64,000 nt of DNA from an uncultured Lentimicrobiaceae bacterium (lineage in GTDB: Bacteria > Bacteroidota > Bacteroidia > Bacteroidales > UBA4417), in assembly GCA_964544545.1 (NCBI GenBank), contig CAZJCG010000002.1, forward strand, positions 89,319-153,318, read 5' to 3'. The notes beneath the pieces are model-generated. The model saw only the letters and a list, made by a program, of their open reading frames with translations, did not search any database and was not told the origin of the DNA. The translations under genes and the position numbers were made by a program. This document shows, one piece after another, positions 40,382 through 50,292 of the stretch (position 1 is the stretch's first letter; the number at the start of each line of letters is the position of its first letter).

Positions 40382-42622
40382 ATGTACCAGGTCGATGTTG
40401 CCAGTGAAAACAAGGAAATCGTAAAGCGTTACCGGGGATTGCTCAGGGCCTGGAGTTCCAACAAGGGAATCCGTGACAAGAACAAGGTAAGGGAAGCCTT
40501 TGAGTTGGCCAAGGAAGCTCACAGTACCATGCGGCGAAGAAGCGGTGAACCTTACATCTATCATCCACTTGAAGTTGCAAGGATCGTTGCCGGCGATATA
40601 GGTCTTGGAGAAACTGCCATTATATGCGCCCTGCTGCACGATGTTGTTGAGGACAATGCCGAATACAGCCTGGATGACATACGGAACAGGTTCGGCGAAA
40701 AAGTCGCTTATATCGTTGACGGGCTTACCAAGATCAAGGATGGATATGAAAAACCTGAAACTTCTATTCAGGCTGAGAATATCAAGAAGATGCTGCTGAC
40801 CCTTTCGGATGATGTAAGGGTGATCCTCATCAAGCTGGCTGACAGGCTGCACAACATGCGAACGCTGGATGCAATGCCGGATTACAAGCGTAAAAATATT
40901 GCGGCTGAAACCTTATATCTGTATTCACCGTTAGCCCACAGGCTGGGTCTTTATGCGATCAAGAGCGAGCTCGAGGATCTGGCGCTCAAGTACACCGAAC
41001 CTGAAATATACAGAACCATCTCCCTCAAGCTCAGGGAGTCGGAAACAGCAAGGTCACGGTTCATTCAGAAGTTCATCTATCCCATCAAAGCTGACCTGGC
41101 GATGAAGGGGCTTTCATTTGAGATTGACAGCCGGGAAAAGTCGGTCTACTCGATCTATAAGAAAATGCACACCAAGGAGATCCCGTTTGAGGAGGTCTTC
41201 GACATTTTCGCAGTCCGGATCATCGTTGATTCCCCGCCGGAACTGGAAAAGATTACCTGCTGGCAGGTATACTCCATTGTAACGGATCACTATAACCCGA
41301 AGCTTAATCGGCTACGCGACTGGATATCCACGCCCAAGGCCAATGGTTACGAGTCGCTGCATACAACCGTAATGAGCCAGACCGGACAATGGGTTGAAGT
41401 TCAGATCCGAACCCGCCGGATGCATGAGATTGCAGAGAGGGGTTATGCCGCGCATTGGAAATACAAGCAGATGGCGGACAAGGACAAGTTGCAGGAATCG
41501 GGCCTGGACCAGTGGCTTCGCAAGGTACAGGAGATACTCCGGTCGCCGGATTCCAATACGCTGAACTTCCTCGACGACATCAAGCTGACCTTGTTTTCGG
41601 ATGAGGTTTTCGTATTTACTCCCAAAGGCGAGATCAAGTCGCTTCCTGCGGGAAGCACCATCATCGATTTTGCCTATAATATACATACGCACCTTGGGAA
41701 TACATGCATTGCAGCCAAGGTCAACCGCAAGCTGTCGCCGTTGAATTATATACTCAAGAGTGGCGACCAGGTTGAAATCATTTCATCCAAAAAAGGCATG
41801 CCTCATGAAGAGTGGCTGGATTATGCATTCACTGCCAGGGCTAAAACCTATATCAAGGAGGCGATCCGTGAGCAACGAAAAGCCGCCGGCCAGGAAGGAA
41901 GGACGAAACTGGAAGGTTACTTCAGTGAGTTGTCCCTGAAATTCAGCAAGTCAAACATCTCCCGTTTTGCAGAATTCTGCAGTTTAGGCAGCCATACCGA
42001 TCTGTACTATAAAGTGGCCAACGATGAAATTGGCCTGAATGAGCTGAAAGAGTGTTGCAGGGAGCATGAGAACCTGCTCAGGGAAAGCCATGAAGCGGTC
42101 CAGGCATCAGGAATGACTCCGGAAATGTCGTCCATGAAGACGGCTAAAGCACCCGGAGCAAAAGCAACGGTGCTTCCCGATCTTGACGACATGGAATTTT
42201 CAATCTCTCATTGTTGCCATCCCCTTCCTGGTGATGATATTGTTGCATATTCAGCACCGGGTGGTATCCTTCAGGTACACCGCACCAACTGCCAGGAAGC
42301 CATTGAGCTTATGTCGCGTTACGCTAACAGGATGGTAAATGTAAAGTGGAGTAACCGGAATATGAACACCTTCCTCGCAGGGATCAAGGTTACCGGGATT
42401 GACCGGAAGAGCATGATCTTCGACATCATCAAGGTGATCAGTGAACAACTGGGATTAAACATCCGCTCTTTCCACATTGAAACTTCGGGAGATATTTTTG
42501 AAGCGCATATCAGTCTTTACGTTCACGACACAGTTGATATCAGCAAACTGTCAGAGGCCCTGAAAACACTCAGCGGAATATCGACAGCCATCAGGATTAC
42601 CAAACTTATGCCCAATTTCTGA
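40382..42622 (+). CDS. bifunctional (p)ppGpp synthetase/hydrolase, RelA/SpoT family
   Basis: HD domain (YHPLEVA ... LHDVVED), synthetase motif RDWISTPKANGYESLHTTV, and TGS and ACT-like C-terminal domains. Start ATG 40382 follows a TATTTTTG box. Confidence 0.93.
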   Translation: MYQVDVASENKEIVKRYRGLLRAWSSNKGIRDKNKVREAFELAKEAHSTMRRRSGEPYIYHPLEVARIVAGDIGLGETAIICALLHDVVEDNAEYSLDDIRNRFGEKVAYIVDGLTKIKDGYEKPETSIQAENIKKMLLTLSDDVRVILIKLADRLHNMRTLDAMPDYKRKNIAAETLYLYSPLAHRLGLYAIKSELEDLALKYTEPEIYRTISLKLRESETARSRFIQKFIYPIKADLAMKGLSFEIDSREKSVYSIYKKMHTKEIPFEEVFDIFAVRIIVDSPPELEKITCWQVYSIVTDHYNPKLNRLRDWISTPKANGYESLHTTVMSQTGQWVEVQIRTRRMHEIAERGYAAHWKYKQMADKDKLQESGLDQWLRKVQEILRSPDSNTLNFLDDIKLTLFSDEVFVFTPKGEIKSLPAGSTIIDFAYNIHTHLGNTCIAAKVNRKLSPLNYILKSGDQVEIISSKKGMPHEEWLDYAFTARAKTYIKEAIREQRKAAGQEGRTKLEGYFSELSLKFSKSNISRFAEFCSLGSHTDLYYKVANDEIGLNELKECCREHENLLRESHEAVQASGMTPEMSSMKTAKAPGAKATVLPDLDDMEFSISHCCHPLPGDDIVAYSAPGGILQVHRTNCQEAIELMSRYANRMVNVKWSNRNMNTFLAGIKVTGIDRKSMIFDIIKVISEQLGLNIRSFHIETSGDIFEAHISLYVHDTVDISKLSEALKTLSGISTAIRITKLMPNF

Positions 42623-42722
42623 TCCCGGATGACTTTTCATCCTTCAACAGGATGACCTGTATCTGTCCCGGATACCTATTTTTATTTATTCCAAATTCAG
42701 ATAAAATATTTTTATTACCTTT

Positions 42723-43211
42723 ATGCCAAATTTGGTTGACATGGCAACGGACAACAAGAAGCTGAATTACGAAACGGTTCGCAAGATCTTCACGGAATAC
42801 CTTGAGAAACTGGGTCACCGGAAAACTCCGGAGCGGTTCACCATTCTGAAGGAGATCTATGCCACCGAGGGTCATTTTGATATTGAGACCCTTTATATCC
42901 AGATGAAAAACAACAAGTACAGGGTAAGCCGTGCTACTTTATATAATACCATTGAGTTGCTGCTGAACTGCAATCTCGTTACGAAGCATCAATTCAGGAA
43001 CAATTGCGCCCAATTTGAGAAATCCTACAAATTCAAGCAGCATGATCATTTCATCAACATTGACAGCGGTCAGGTGCTTGAATTTTGTGATCCGAGGATA
43101 CAGGAAATCCAGGATTCGGTTGAGAAAACTCTTGGCGTGAAGATCTCACATCACTCCCTGACATTTTACGGAACATCCGAAACAGGCGAACCCACCGCCA
43201 ATCTTTCCTAA
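42723..43211 (+). CDS. Fur-family transcriptional regulator
   Basis: The [20 protein letters not shown] winged-helix pattern and a position upstream of purA are typical for Bacteroidota. The start could be ATG 42741. Confidence 0.75.
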   Translation: MPNLVDMATDNKKLNYETVRKIFTEYLEKLGHRKTPERFTILKEIYATEGHFDIETLYIQMKNNKYRVSRATLYNTIELLLNCNLVTKHQFRNNCAQFEKSYKFKQHDHFINIDSGQVLEFCDPRIQEIQDSVEKTLGVKISHHSLTFYGTSETGEPTANLS

Positions 43212-43250
43212 ACTTTATCTCCCTGCATTTTATCTGATATCATCCTGCTG

Positions 43251-43274
43251 AATGGCATCAGCCATTGCTTTTTT
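43251..43274 (+). terminator. terminator after the fur-family gene
   Basis: AATGGC-ATCA-GCCATT followed by GCTTTTTT. The stem is short. Confidence 0.5.
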
Positions 43275-43323
43275 ACGTGAATCACAGCGAACTATTTTCG
43301 ATCCCGCTTATTGGAAATAGCCC

Positions 43324-43331
43324 TATCTTTG
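43324..43331 (+). promoter_or_regulatory. -7 box TATCTTTG upstream of purA
   Basis: Perfect TAnnTTTG match, 43 nt before the ATG. Confidence 0.5.
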
Positions 43332-43373
43332 TCCGACGGTGAAATCGTAATACACTAACCGAACTAAATCCGG

Positions 43374-44663
43374 ATGAAGATAGATGTAATTTTAGGCCTT
43401 CAGTGGGGTGACGAAGGCAAAGGCAAGATTGTGGATGTTCTTACCCCTCAGTATGATATTATAGCACGCTTTCAGGGTGGGCCAAATGCTGGTCACACGC
43501 TGGAGATCGGAGGCGACAGGCATGTTCTTCACACCATTCCTTCAGGCATATTCCATCCCGACAAGATCAATGTTATCGGGAACGGTGTAATACTGGATCC
43601 ATTCATTCTCAGCGAGGAAATCGTAAAGTTAAGGGCCAAGGGAGTTGATCCCGGTCTCAATCTTCGCATTTCGAAGCGTGCGCACTTTATCCTCCCGACC
43701 CACCGTATGCTGGATGCAGCTTACGAACGTGCCATGGGAAAAGGAAAGATCGGCTCCACGCTGAAAGGCATCGGTCCCTGCTATACGGATAAAACTGCCC
43801 GTTACGGATTACGAACCGGTGATCTTTTGTCCGGTAACTTTATCGAGAAATACAATGCATTGAAAGCCAGGCATCTTACTATTCTTTCTTCCTACAATTT
43901 CAATCCGGAGGATGAACAGCTTGATGGGATGCGTTTTAGTGAATATGAAAAAAAATGGCTTATTGCAGCCGAGGAGTTGAAGTCCTTTCAGCTTATCGAC
44001 AGCGAACTCTTCATCAATAAAGCCATTGCTGAAGGAAAAAAGGTTCTTGCAGAAGGAGCGCAAGGCAGTCTGCTGGATATTGATTTTGGTTCATACCCGT
44101 TCGTGACTTCGTCCAACACCATCACTGCCGGTGTCTGTTCCGGACTGGGAGTTCCGCCATCAGCCATAGGCAGAGTCTTTGGTGTATTCAAAGCTTATTG
44201 CACCAGGGTTGGCAGCGGACCGTTTCCCACTGAACTTATGGATGAAACCGGTGAAGAACTGCGCATTAAGGGGCACGAATACGGATCTACGACGGGACGG
44301 GCACGCAGATGTGGCTGGCTTGACATCCCTGCACTCAACTACGCGATAATGTTGAATGGCGTAACTGACCTGGTAATGATGAAGGCAGACGTGATGAATG
44401 ATTTCTCCAGGATCAAGGTTTGCACATCCTATGAACTCGATAACCAGGTGGTATCTGATCTCACCTATGAAACGCTGAGTGAACCTGTGAAACCAGTTTA
44501 TTCCACACTCGACGGATGGAAGAGTGACCTGAATGAATCCGTGGATTTTCCCGGATTACCGGAAAAGCTTGGCAGTTTTATCTCGTTTATCGAGCGATCC
44601 GTCAAGTTACCGATTGCAATACTTTCAACAGGACCCGGCAGGGAACAAACGATTCTGAGATAG
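43374..44663 (+). CDS. purA: adenylosuccinate synthase
   Basis: LQWGDEGKGKIVD, GGPNAGHT and GSTTGRARRCGWLD motifs. Confidence 0.97.
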   Translation: MKIDVILGLQWGDEGKGKIVDVLTPQYDIIARFQGGPNAGHTLEIGGDRHVLHTIPSGIFHPDKINVIGNGVILDPFILSEEIVKLRAKGVDPGLNLRISKRAHFILPTHRMLDAAYERAMGKGKIGSTLKGIGPCYTDKTARYGLRTGDLLSGNFIEKYNALKARHLTILSSYNFNPEDEQLDGMRFSEYEKKWLIAAEELKSFQLIDSELFINKAIAEGKKVLAEGAQGSLLDIDFGSYPFVTSSNTITAGVCSGLGVPPSAIGRVFGVFKAYCTRVGSGPFPTELMDETGEELRIKGHEYGSTTGRARRCGWLDIPALNYAIMLNGVTDLVMMKADVMNDFSRIKVCTSYELDNQVVSDLTYETLSEPVKPVYSTLDGWKSDLNESVDFPGLPEKLGSFISFIERSVKLPIAILSTGPGREQTILR

Positions 44664-44690
44664 CCGGACAGGATTAGCTGAATAGCTGTT

Positions 44691-44742
44691 AAAAGAAACA
44701 AAAAAGACGCAATGTGGATCTTCTGATTCCATTTTGCGTCTT
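44691..44742 (-). terminator. terminator after infB (may also serve purA)
   Basis: A 9-bp stem AAGACGCAA/TTGCGTCTT with a 21-nt loop, followed on the minus strand by TTTTGTTTCTTTT. Confidence 0.5.
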
Positions 44743-44808
44743 CTTTATGACCGGAAAAACTATAGGTTGATCCTGTTTCCGAATCTGCACGGTTAATGTC
44801 CGGCAGGC

Positions 44809-47800
44809 TTAAAGTTTCCTTTTCACTTCGATTTCTTCATATCCTTCGATAATATCACCTACTTTGATATCATTGAAGTTGTCGATGTTAAGGCCGCATT
44901 CATAGCCGGCGGCTACTTCCTTCACATCGTCCTTGAAGCGCTTGAGAGAGCCCAGGTTACCCGTATACACCACAATCCCGTCGCGGATAACCCGTACGCG
45001 GGTATTGCGGTTGATTTTTCCATCGAGCACCATACAGCCGGCAACTGATCCGACCTTGGTGATGCGGAACACCTCGCGGACTTCCACGTTGCATGTGATC
45101 TTTTCTTCAATCTCGGGTGAGAGCATCCCTTCGATAGCAGCCTTGATTTCATTGATTGCCGTGTAGATGATGGAATAGAGACGTATATCGATCTCTTCCC
45201 TTTCGGCAAGTTTACGGGCACTCAGGCTGGGACGCACCTGGAAACCAACGATAATGGCGTTGGAGGCTGATGCCAGCAGAATATCACTTTCCGTGATAGC
45301 GCCCACTGACTTATGGATAACGTTAACCTGTACCTGTCCGGTGGAAAGGCGCAGCAACGAATCGGACAGGGCTTCGACAGAGCCGTCGACATCCCCCTTA
45401 ACGATAATGTTGAGTTCCTTAAAGTCGCCGATGGCAATACGGCGCCCGATCTCGTCGAGAGTAATATGTTTCTGTGTGCGTATGCCCTGTTCACGTTGCA
45501 ATTGCAGACGTTTACTTGCTATCTGCTTGGCTTCGCGTTCATCGGTCATCACGTTGAAGTAATCACCGGCCTGCGGGGCGCCTGTCAATCCTAACAAGAG
45601 TACGGGAGCCGAGGGTCCTGCTTCACGTATGGATTGGTTACGCTCGTTGTACATGGCTTTTACCTTGCCAAAGAGCGATCCTGCAAGCAGAATATCGCCA
45701 ATGCGAAGGGTTCCGTTTTGTACCAGGAGTTTGGCAATATAGCCACGGCCTTTGTCGAGCGAAGATTCAATAACAGTACCTATAGCCCTCCTGTTGGGAT
45801 TAGCTTTCAGTTCGAGCAGTTCGGCTTCCAGCAGTACCTTGTCGAGCAGCAGGTTTACATTCGTGCCTTTTTTGGCTGAAATTTCCTGGCTCTGATATTT
45901 CCCGCCCCAATCCTCAACGAGGATATTGAGTTTTGAAAGCTCTTCCTTGATCTTTTCAGGATTTGCTCCTGGTTTATCGATCTTGTTGATGGCAAATACC
46001 ATGGGGACACCTGCAGCCTGAGCATGGTTGATGGCCTCGATAGTCTGAGGCATCACTGTATCATCGGCAGCAACAACAATGATGACGATATCCGTAATCT
46101 TGGCACCACGGGCACGCATAGCAGTAAATGCTTCATGACCCGGAGTATCAAGGAAAGTCAGTTTTCGGCCGTCTTCCAGTTTAACTTCGTATGCACCGAT
46201 ATGCTGGGTAATACCTCCCGCTTCACCGGCGATAACGTTAGAGTGGCGAATATAGTCAAGCAGCGAAGTTTTCCCGTGGTCAACGTGACCCATCACGGTG
46301 ACGATAGGAGTCCGCGGCATGAGGTCATCCGGTTTGTCCGTTTCTTCTTCATGATCGATAGCCTCCTGGACATCTACACTCACAAATTCAACGGAATAAC
46401 CAAACTCATCAGCCAGCAGGGTAATAGTTTCGGCATCGAGACGCTGGTTGATGGAAACGAACACGCCAACAGACATACAGGTTGCTATGATCTTCGTAAC
46501 GGGTACATCCATCATGCTTGCAAGGTCGTTGGCCGTAACGAACTCAGTGACCTTCAATATTTTTTCTTCTTCTGCAAGTCTGGCCTGTTGTTCTTCCAGT
46601 TGCTGGCTGACCAGCTGACGTTTTTCGCGGCGGTATTTCGATGCCTTCGATTTACCTGTTCCGCTAAGGCGTTGTAGTGTTTCCCTGATCTGTTTCTGAA
46701 TTTCTTCTTCGCTCAGTTCAACCTTGGGTTCAACTATGTGTCCTTTTACGCTTCCCCGGCGCACGCCGCTCTTAGGAGGCCTGCTTTCGCCTGGTTTGGC
46801 GGTTTCCGGAGTGACGGTATCCGTCTGAACTTTCGACTTGATACGTTTCCGTTTTTTCTTCTTATTGCCTTTCCCGTTTTCATCGGTTGAAGAAGCAACG
46901 GGTTTACGGCTCTCGGTCCTGGTAGGTTCAGGAAGTTCAATCTTGTTTACCAGCTTGATCCCTTCAAGTTTTGGGATCTTGGTAGTGATGAAATTGGGAT
47001 CTTCTTTCGAATAAACGCCGGTGAGTGAAACGGGTTCCGTCTTAGTTTCCGCAGGCTTTTCCGGTTCGGGAGCGGCCTTCTCTGCAACCTCAGGTTCTGC
47101 AGCAGGTGTTTCAACGACTTCGGCTACGGGTTCTTCAGGAGCTTTTTCGACGATTTCGGGTTCAGCGGGGGCTGATGGGGCTTCCGCAACGGGGGCCTTT
47201 CCGGCTTTCTCCTTTTTACCCTTGCTTTTAGGTTTGTGCTCCAGGCTGGCCAGGTCAATCTTTCCAACTACTTTAACGCCACCGACTGATTGATCGGCCT
47301 CCGGCTGGATGACAACCGGCTCGGAAGGAACAGGTTCCGGAGCTATGATCTTCTCAACCTCCGGTGCTTTCGGAGTTTCAACGACAGGTTTAGGTTCCGG
47401 TGCAACGACTATTGGCGTGACAGGAGCAACAACGACAGGAGGAACTTCCGGAGCTTCAGCCTGGACGGCGGGCTTTTCCGGCTCCACCTTTTTAGCAGGT
47501 TCTGCAGGTTTTTCTGTTTTGGCCTTCGTCTGATAGTCGTATGACGACTTAATAATCAGTTCTTCTGCTTCGCGCTCTTCCTTCTCTTCAGTTGCCGTCT
47601 TACGGGTGCCGGAAGAAACAACCGGGTGCTGAGTGTACTCGAGTTCAATTTTCTTGGAAATTTCCTTGGCAGCTTTATCCGGTTGATATTCCTTGATAAG
47701 CAGCGCATACATCTCCGGAGTCAGTTTGGTATTCGGGTTACTGTCGATCTTGTGCCCCTTTTTATGGAGGAAGTCGACGATGGTTTGAACACCAACGTTA

Positions 47801-47850
47801 AACTCTGTTGCGGCTTTGCTCAGCCTTACATTGACGGGTCCTTCTGACAT
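44809..47850 (-). CDS. infB: translation initiation factor IF-2
   Basis: [17 protein letters not shown]-domain. The N-terminus [19 protein letters not shown] (ATG 47850) is the IF2_N type. A long P/E/A/K-rich low-complexity region is encoded at about 46900-47500. Confidence 0.96.
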   Translation of the reverse strand: MSEGPVNVRLSKAATEFNVGVQTIVDFLHKKGHKIDSNPNTKLTPEMYALLIKEYQPDKAAKEISKKIELEYTQHPVVSSGTRKTATEEKEEREAEELIIKSSYDYQTKAKTEKPAEPAKKVEPEKPAVQAEAPEVPPVVVAPVTPIVVAPEPKPVVETPKAPEVEKIIAPEPVPSEPVVIQPEADQSVGGVKVVGKIDLASLEHKPKSKGKKEKAGKAPVAEAPSAPAEPEIVEKAPEEPVAEVVETPAAEPEVAEKAAPEPEKPAETKTEPVSLTGVYSKEDPNFITTKIPKLEGIKLVNKIELPEPTRTESRKPVASSTDENGKGNKKKKRKRIKSKVQTDTVTPETAKPGESRPPKSGVRRGSVKGHIVEPKVELSEEEIQKQIRETLQRLSGTGKSKASKYRREKRQLVSQQLEEQQARLAEEEKILKVTEFVTANDLASMMDVPVTKIIATCMSVGVFVSINQRLDAETITLLADEFGYSVEFVSVDVQEAIDHEEETDKPDDLMPRTPIVTVMGHVDHGKTSLLDYIRHSNVIAGEAGGITQHIGAYEVKLEDGRKLTFLDTPGHEAFTAMRARGAKITDIVIIVVAADDTVMPQTIEAINHAQAAGVPMVFAINKIDKPGANPEKIKEELSKLNILVEDWGGKYQSQEISAKKGTNVNLLLDKVLLEAELLELKANPNRRAIGTVIESSLDKGRGYIAKLLVQNGTLRIGDILLAGSLFGKVKAMYNERNQSIREAGPSAPVLLLGLTGAPQAGDYFNVMTDEREAKQIASKRLQLQREQGIRTQKHITLDEIGRRIAIGDFKELNIIVKGDVDGSVEALSDSLLRLSTGQVQVNVIHKSVGAITESDILLASASNAIIVGFQVRPSLSARKLAEREEIDIRLYSIIYTAINEIKAAIEGMLSPEIEEKITCNVEVREVFRITKVGSVAGCMVLDGKINRNTRVRVIRDGIVVYTGNLGSLKRFKDDVKEVAAGYECGLNIDNFNDIKVGDIIEGYEEIEVKRKL

Positions 47851-48025
47851 GCTTTTATCTAAATGGCTTCTAATGCCCGGAATTAGTGTGTAAAAGTAAG
47901 ATAATATTTTCAATCTGTAAGAAAATCAGGATTTAGGTGCAAATGCAGTTACTTCCCAGTTATAGTACCAAGCACTTAACATCAGAGTATTTCCTGATCC
48001 GGGATGCCTGGAGGGACACAGCCGT

Positions 48026-49270
48026 TTATTCAAACTCTGCCCTGAGGATCTTCATCACTTCCTTGATGGTTTCTTCTTCCAATTGGCTCCGGCGGACCAG
48101 TTCATCGACGCTGAGTTCCAGTACGCTCTTTGCAGTGTCGCAACCGATTGCCTTTAATTCGTCGATGATCCACTGATCGATTTCATCGCTGAATTCCTGG
48201 AGATCAACATCTTCGTAATCAAACTCAGTATCTCTGTATACATCGATCTCGTAACCGGTGAGTTTACCGGCCAGTTTGATATTGTGCCCGCCTTTACCGA
48301 TTGCCAGTGAAACCTGGTCAGGTTTCATGAACACTTCAGCCCGCTTGTTTTCATCATCGATATTGATCGAAGATATCTTTGCAGGGCTGAGTGCGCGCTG
48401 GATGTAAAGTTGAACGTTGGTGGTATAATTGATCACGTCGATGTTCTCGTTCTTCAGTTCTCTGACGATACCATGGATACGGGAACCTTTCATACCAACG
48501 CAGGCTCCGACCGGATCAATGCGGTCGTCGTAGGATTCCACGGCAATTTTTGCTCTTTCGCCCGGCACCCTGACAATATTTTTGATTGTGATGAGTCCGT
48601 CGTATACCTCCGGAACTTCAGCTTCAAGGAGACGTTCGAGGAAAAGCGGCGATGTACGGGAAAGCACGATGCTTGGTGAATTTTTCTTCATCTCCACACG
48701 TGCAACCACGGCCTTGATGGAATCACCCTTGCGGTAAAAATCGCCGGGTATCTGTTCAGCCCTGGGCAGGGTAAGTTCGAGGTATTCATCGTCGAGTACC
48801 AGTATTTCGTTTTTCCATACCTGGTAAACCTCACCGGTTATAACTTCGCCGATTTTATCCTTGTACTTCCTGTAAATGTTGTCCTTTTCGTACTCCTGGA
48901 CTTTGGAAATGAGGTTCTGCCTAATAGCCAGGATCTCGCGCCGGCCAAAGTCAAGCATACGGATCGGTTCCACCACCTCTTCCCCGACTTCAAAGTCAGG
49001 TTCAATTTTTATAGCATCGGAATAGGCGATCTGCAGGTTTTCATCTTCCACGGCCTCATCGTCAACGATAGTACGGTTGCGCCAGATCTCGAGGTCACCC
49101 TTATCGACGTTAACGATGATGTCGATGTTCTCGTCGGTACCGTATTTCTTGATCAGCATATGCCTGAAAACGTCTTCAAGGATACGCATGAGGGTTTCAC
49201 GTTCGATGTTCTTGAACTCTTTGAATTCAGAGAAAGTCTCGACCAGGTTGATGTGTTCCATTTCGCCCAT
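48026..49270 (-). CDS. nusA: transcription termination/antitermination factor NusA
   Basis: LVETFSEFKEFKNIERETLMRILEDVF N-domain with S1 and two KH domains; 414 aa. It lies between rimP and infB. Confidence 0.96.
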   Translation of the reverse strand: MGEMEHINLVETFSEFKEFKNIERETLMRILEDVFRHMLIKKYGTDENIDIIVNVDKGDLEIWRNRTIVDDEAVEDENLQIAYSDAIKIEPDFEVGEEVVEPIRMLDFGRREILAIRQNLISKVQEYEKDNIYRKYKDKIGEVITGEVYQVWKNEILVLDDEYLELTLPRAEQIPGDFYRKGDSIKAVVARVEMKKNSPSIVLSRTSPLFLERLLEAEVPEVYDGLITIKNIVRVPGERAKIAVESYDDRIDPVGACVGMKGSRIHGIVRELKNENIDVINYTTNVQLYIQRALSPAKISSINIDDENKRAEVFMKPDQVSLAIGKGGHNIKLAGKLTGYEIDVYRDTEFDYEDVDLQEFSDEIDQWIIDELKAIGCDTAKSVLELSVDELVRRSQLEEETIKEVMKILRAEFE

Positions 49271-49287
49271 GGCAGTACTGTTTTGTG

Positions 49288-49734
49288 TTAAAATTTGAAA
49301 ATTTCCTTCGTTTCTTTGATTTCAGTGTATGTAAACCGATGATTCACCTCGGTAATTTGTTTCTTCACTTTGATCTTTTCCAGCACTTCAAATGCTTCGT
49401 CGTTGGCTGAAATGAGAGTTCCCGTGATCCGTTGACCATCTGGTAGGGTTACAGCCACTTCCCTGCCGATGTTCTTGATATATTGTCTTACCATCCTGTA
49501 AGGCTGATCAAGGCCGGCAGAAGAGACATTCAGCTCAAAATCCTCTTTATCCCGGTCGAGGTGTGATTCGATAAACCTGCTGAGGCTGATGCAGTGATCG
49601 ATCAGTACAGAGGTATCGCTATCGATGAAAATCAGGATCCGGTTTCCGGGTTTGACGTAGACTTCTACCAGGAACCTGTCGGTTCCTTCAAGATGCTCGT
49701 CGGTCCATTTCCTGATCTGGGATTCAAGGATCAT
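49288..49734 (-). CDS. rimP: ribosome maturation factor RimP
   Basis: 148 aa immediately upstream of nusA, with the LVEVYVKPGNRILIFIDSD pattern. Confidence 0.88.
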   Translation of the reverse strand: MILESQIRKWTDEHLEGTDRFLVEVYVKPGNRILIFIDSDTSVLIDHCISLSRFIESHLDRDKEDFELNVSSAGLDQPYRMVRQYIKNIGREVAVTLPDGQRITGTLISANDEAFEVLEKIKVKKQITEVNHRFTYTEIKETKEIFKF

Positions 49735-49852
49735 TGCTGTTTATGTTAGTTTGATTATGGTTGCGTGCATTATTCTGTTTGCATTCAAGACGATCTACGA
49801 CACCATCAGTTTTCAATATTGAAGACAACCGGAAGGGACGAATTGCAGTGTT

Positions 49853-49882
49853 ATGAATAAAAGAGGGGACAACTGTCCCCTC
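49853..49882 (-). terminator. rho-independent terminator ending the tRNA-Gln/repeat transcript, upstream of rimP
   Basis: Minus strand reads GAGGGGAC-AGTT-GTCCCCTC followed by TTTTATT: an 8-bp GC-rich stem. Confidence 0.8.
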
Positions 49883-49990
49883 CCATTTCGTTGCGCCGGT
49901 CGATACTTCTGACTGGCGCGTATCCAAGTTCCGTTCGTTCCGGACTATCCCCGGGTTCCTTCCGGAAGGCCCGTTGTGGATTGCCGCATG

Positions 49991-50192
49991 TTGTCCAGCC
50001 CGGGTTTCCCACCTTCGCTCACTCCGGCGGGATAAACTTCTCATCCCGGTCGGACAAAGGGTTAATTTCTCTAAAAGGACAACTCTTGTTGTTGTCCGAC
50101 CAGGATTTCCCGCCTTCGCTCACTCCGGCGGGATAAACTTCTCATCCCGGTCGGACAAAGGGTTAATTTCTCTAAAAGGACAACTCTTGTTG
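49991..50192 (-). repeat. two tandem 101-bp units carrying the 3' end of tRNA-Gln (tRNA-derived inverted-repeat hairpin plus hairpin/U4 module)
   Basis: Units 49991-50091 and 50092-50192 are 96/101 identical, and the last 80 plus-strand nt of each are identical. The first 16 nt of the proximal unit equal the first 16 nt of the tRNA gene as written on the plus strand (ttgtccgaccaggatt). A third phased copy of that 16-mer is the tRNA itself (50193-50208). Confidence 0.9.
50073..50097 (-). terminator. second copy of the hairpin/U4 module, after the proximal tRNA-like element
   Basis: Identical sequence, 101 nt downstream on the minus strand from the first copy. Confidence 0.3.
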
Positions 50193-50198
50193 TTGTCC
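50174..50198 (-). terminator. terminator-like hairpin overlapping the tRNA-Gln 3' end (GGACAAC-N7-GTTGTCC + UUUU)
   Basis: A 7-bp stem whose 5' arm is the last 6 nt of the tRNA plus one nt, followed by UUUU on the minus strand. The short stem and short U run make it weak as a terminator. Confidence 0.35.
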
Positions 50199-50263
50199 GA
50201 CCAGGATTCGAACCTAGACCAAGAGAACCAAAATCTCTTGTGCTGCCTTTACACCATCGGACA
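50193..50263 (-). tRNA. tRNA-Gln (anticodon UUG), 71 nt, no encoded CCA
   Basis: Folded by hand. Acceptor stem TGTCCGA/TCGGACA (U1-A72) and U8. D-arm GTGT-AAAGGCA-GCAC with GG. Anticodon arm AGAGA-UUUUGGU-UCUCU (anticodon UUG). 4-nt variable loop. T-arm CTAGG-TTCGAAT-CCTGG. Discriminator A at 50193. Confidence 0.93.
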
Positions 50264-50284
50264 ATACACCCAGTTTGGGGACTG

Positions 50285-50292
50285 CAAAGGTA
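50285..50292 (-). promoter_or_regulatory. -7 box TACCTTTG upstream of tRNA-Gln
   Basis: Perfect match on the minus strand, 22 nt before the mature tRNA 5' end at 50263. Confidence 0.55.

Noticed and set aside
46024-46677. 217-aa antisense ORF inside infB, and Gly/Ser/Thr-rich antisense ORFs at 47021..47533
   Set aside because: These are mirror images of the IF-2 G-domain and of its P/E/A/K low-complexity region. The repetitiveness is inherited from the sense strand.
49948-49975. SRP-RNA-like GGAA tetraloop context (CCUUCCGGAAGGAACCC on the minus strand)
   Set aside because: It lacks the conserved symmetric and asymmetric loop nucleotides (AGG / AGCA) of SRP RNA domain IV, and the flanks do not form the long helix 8/5 rod.
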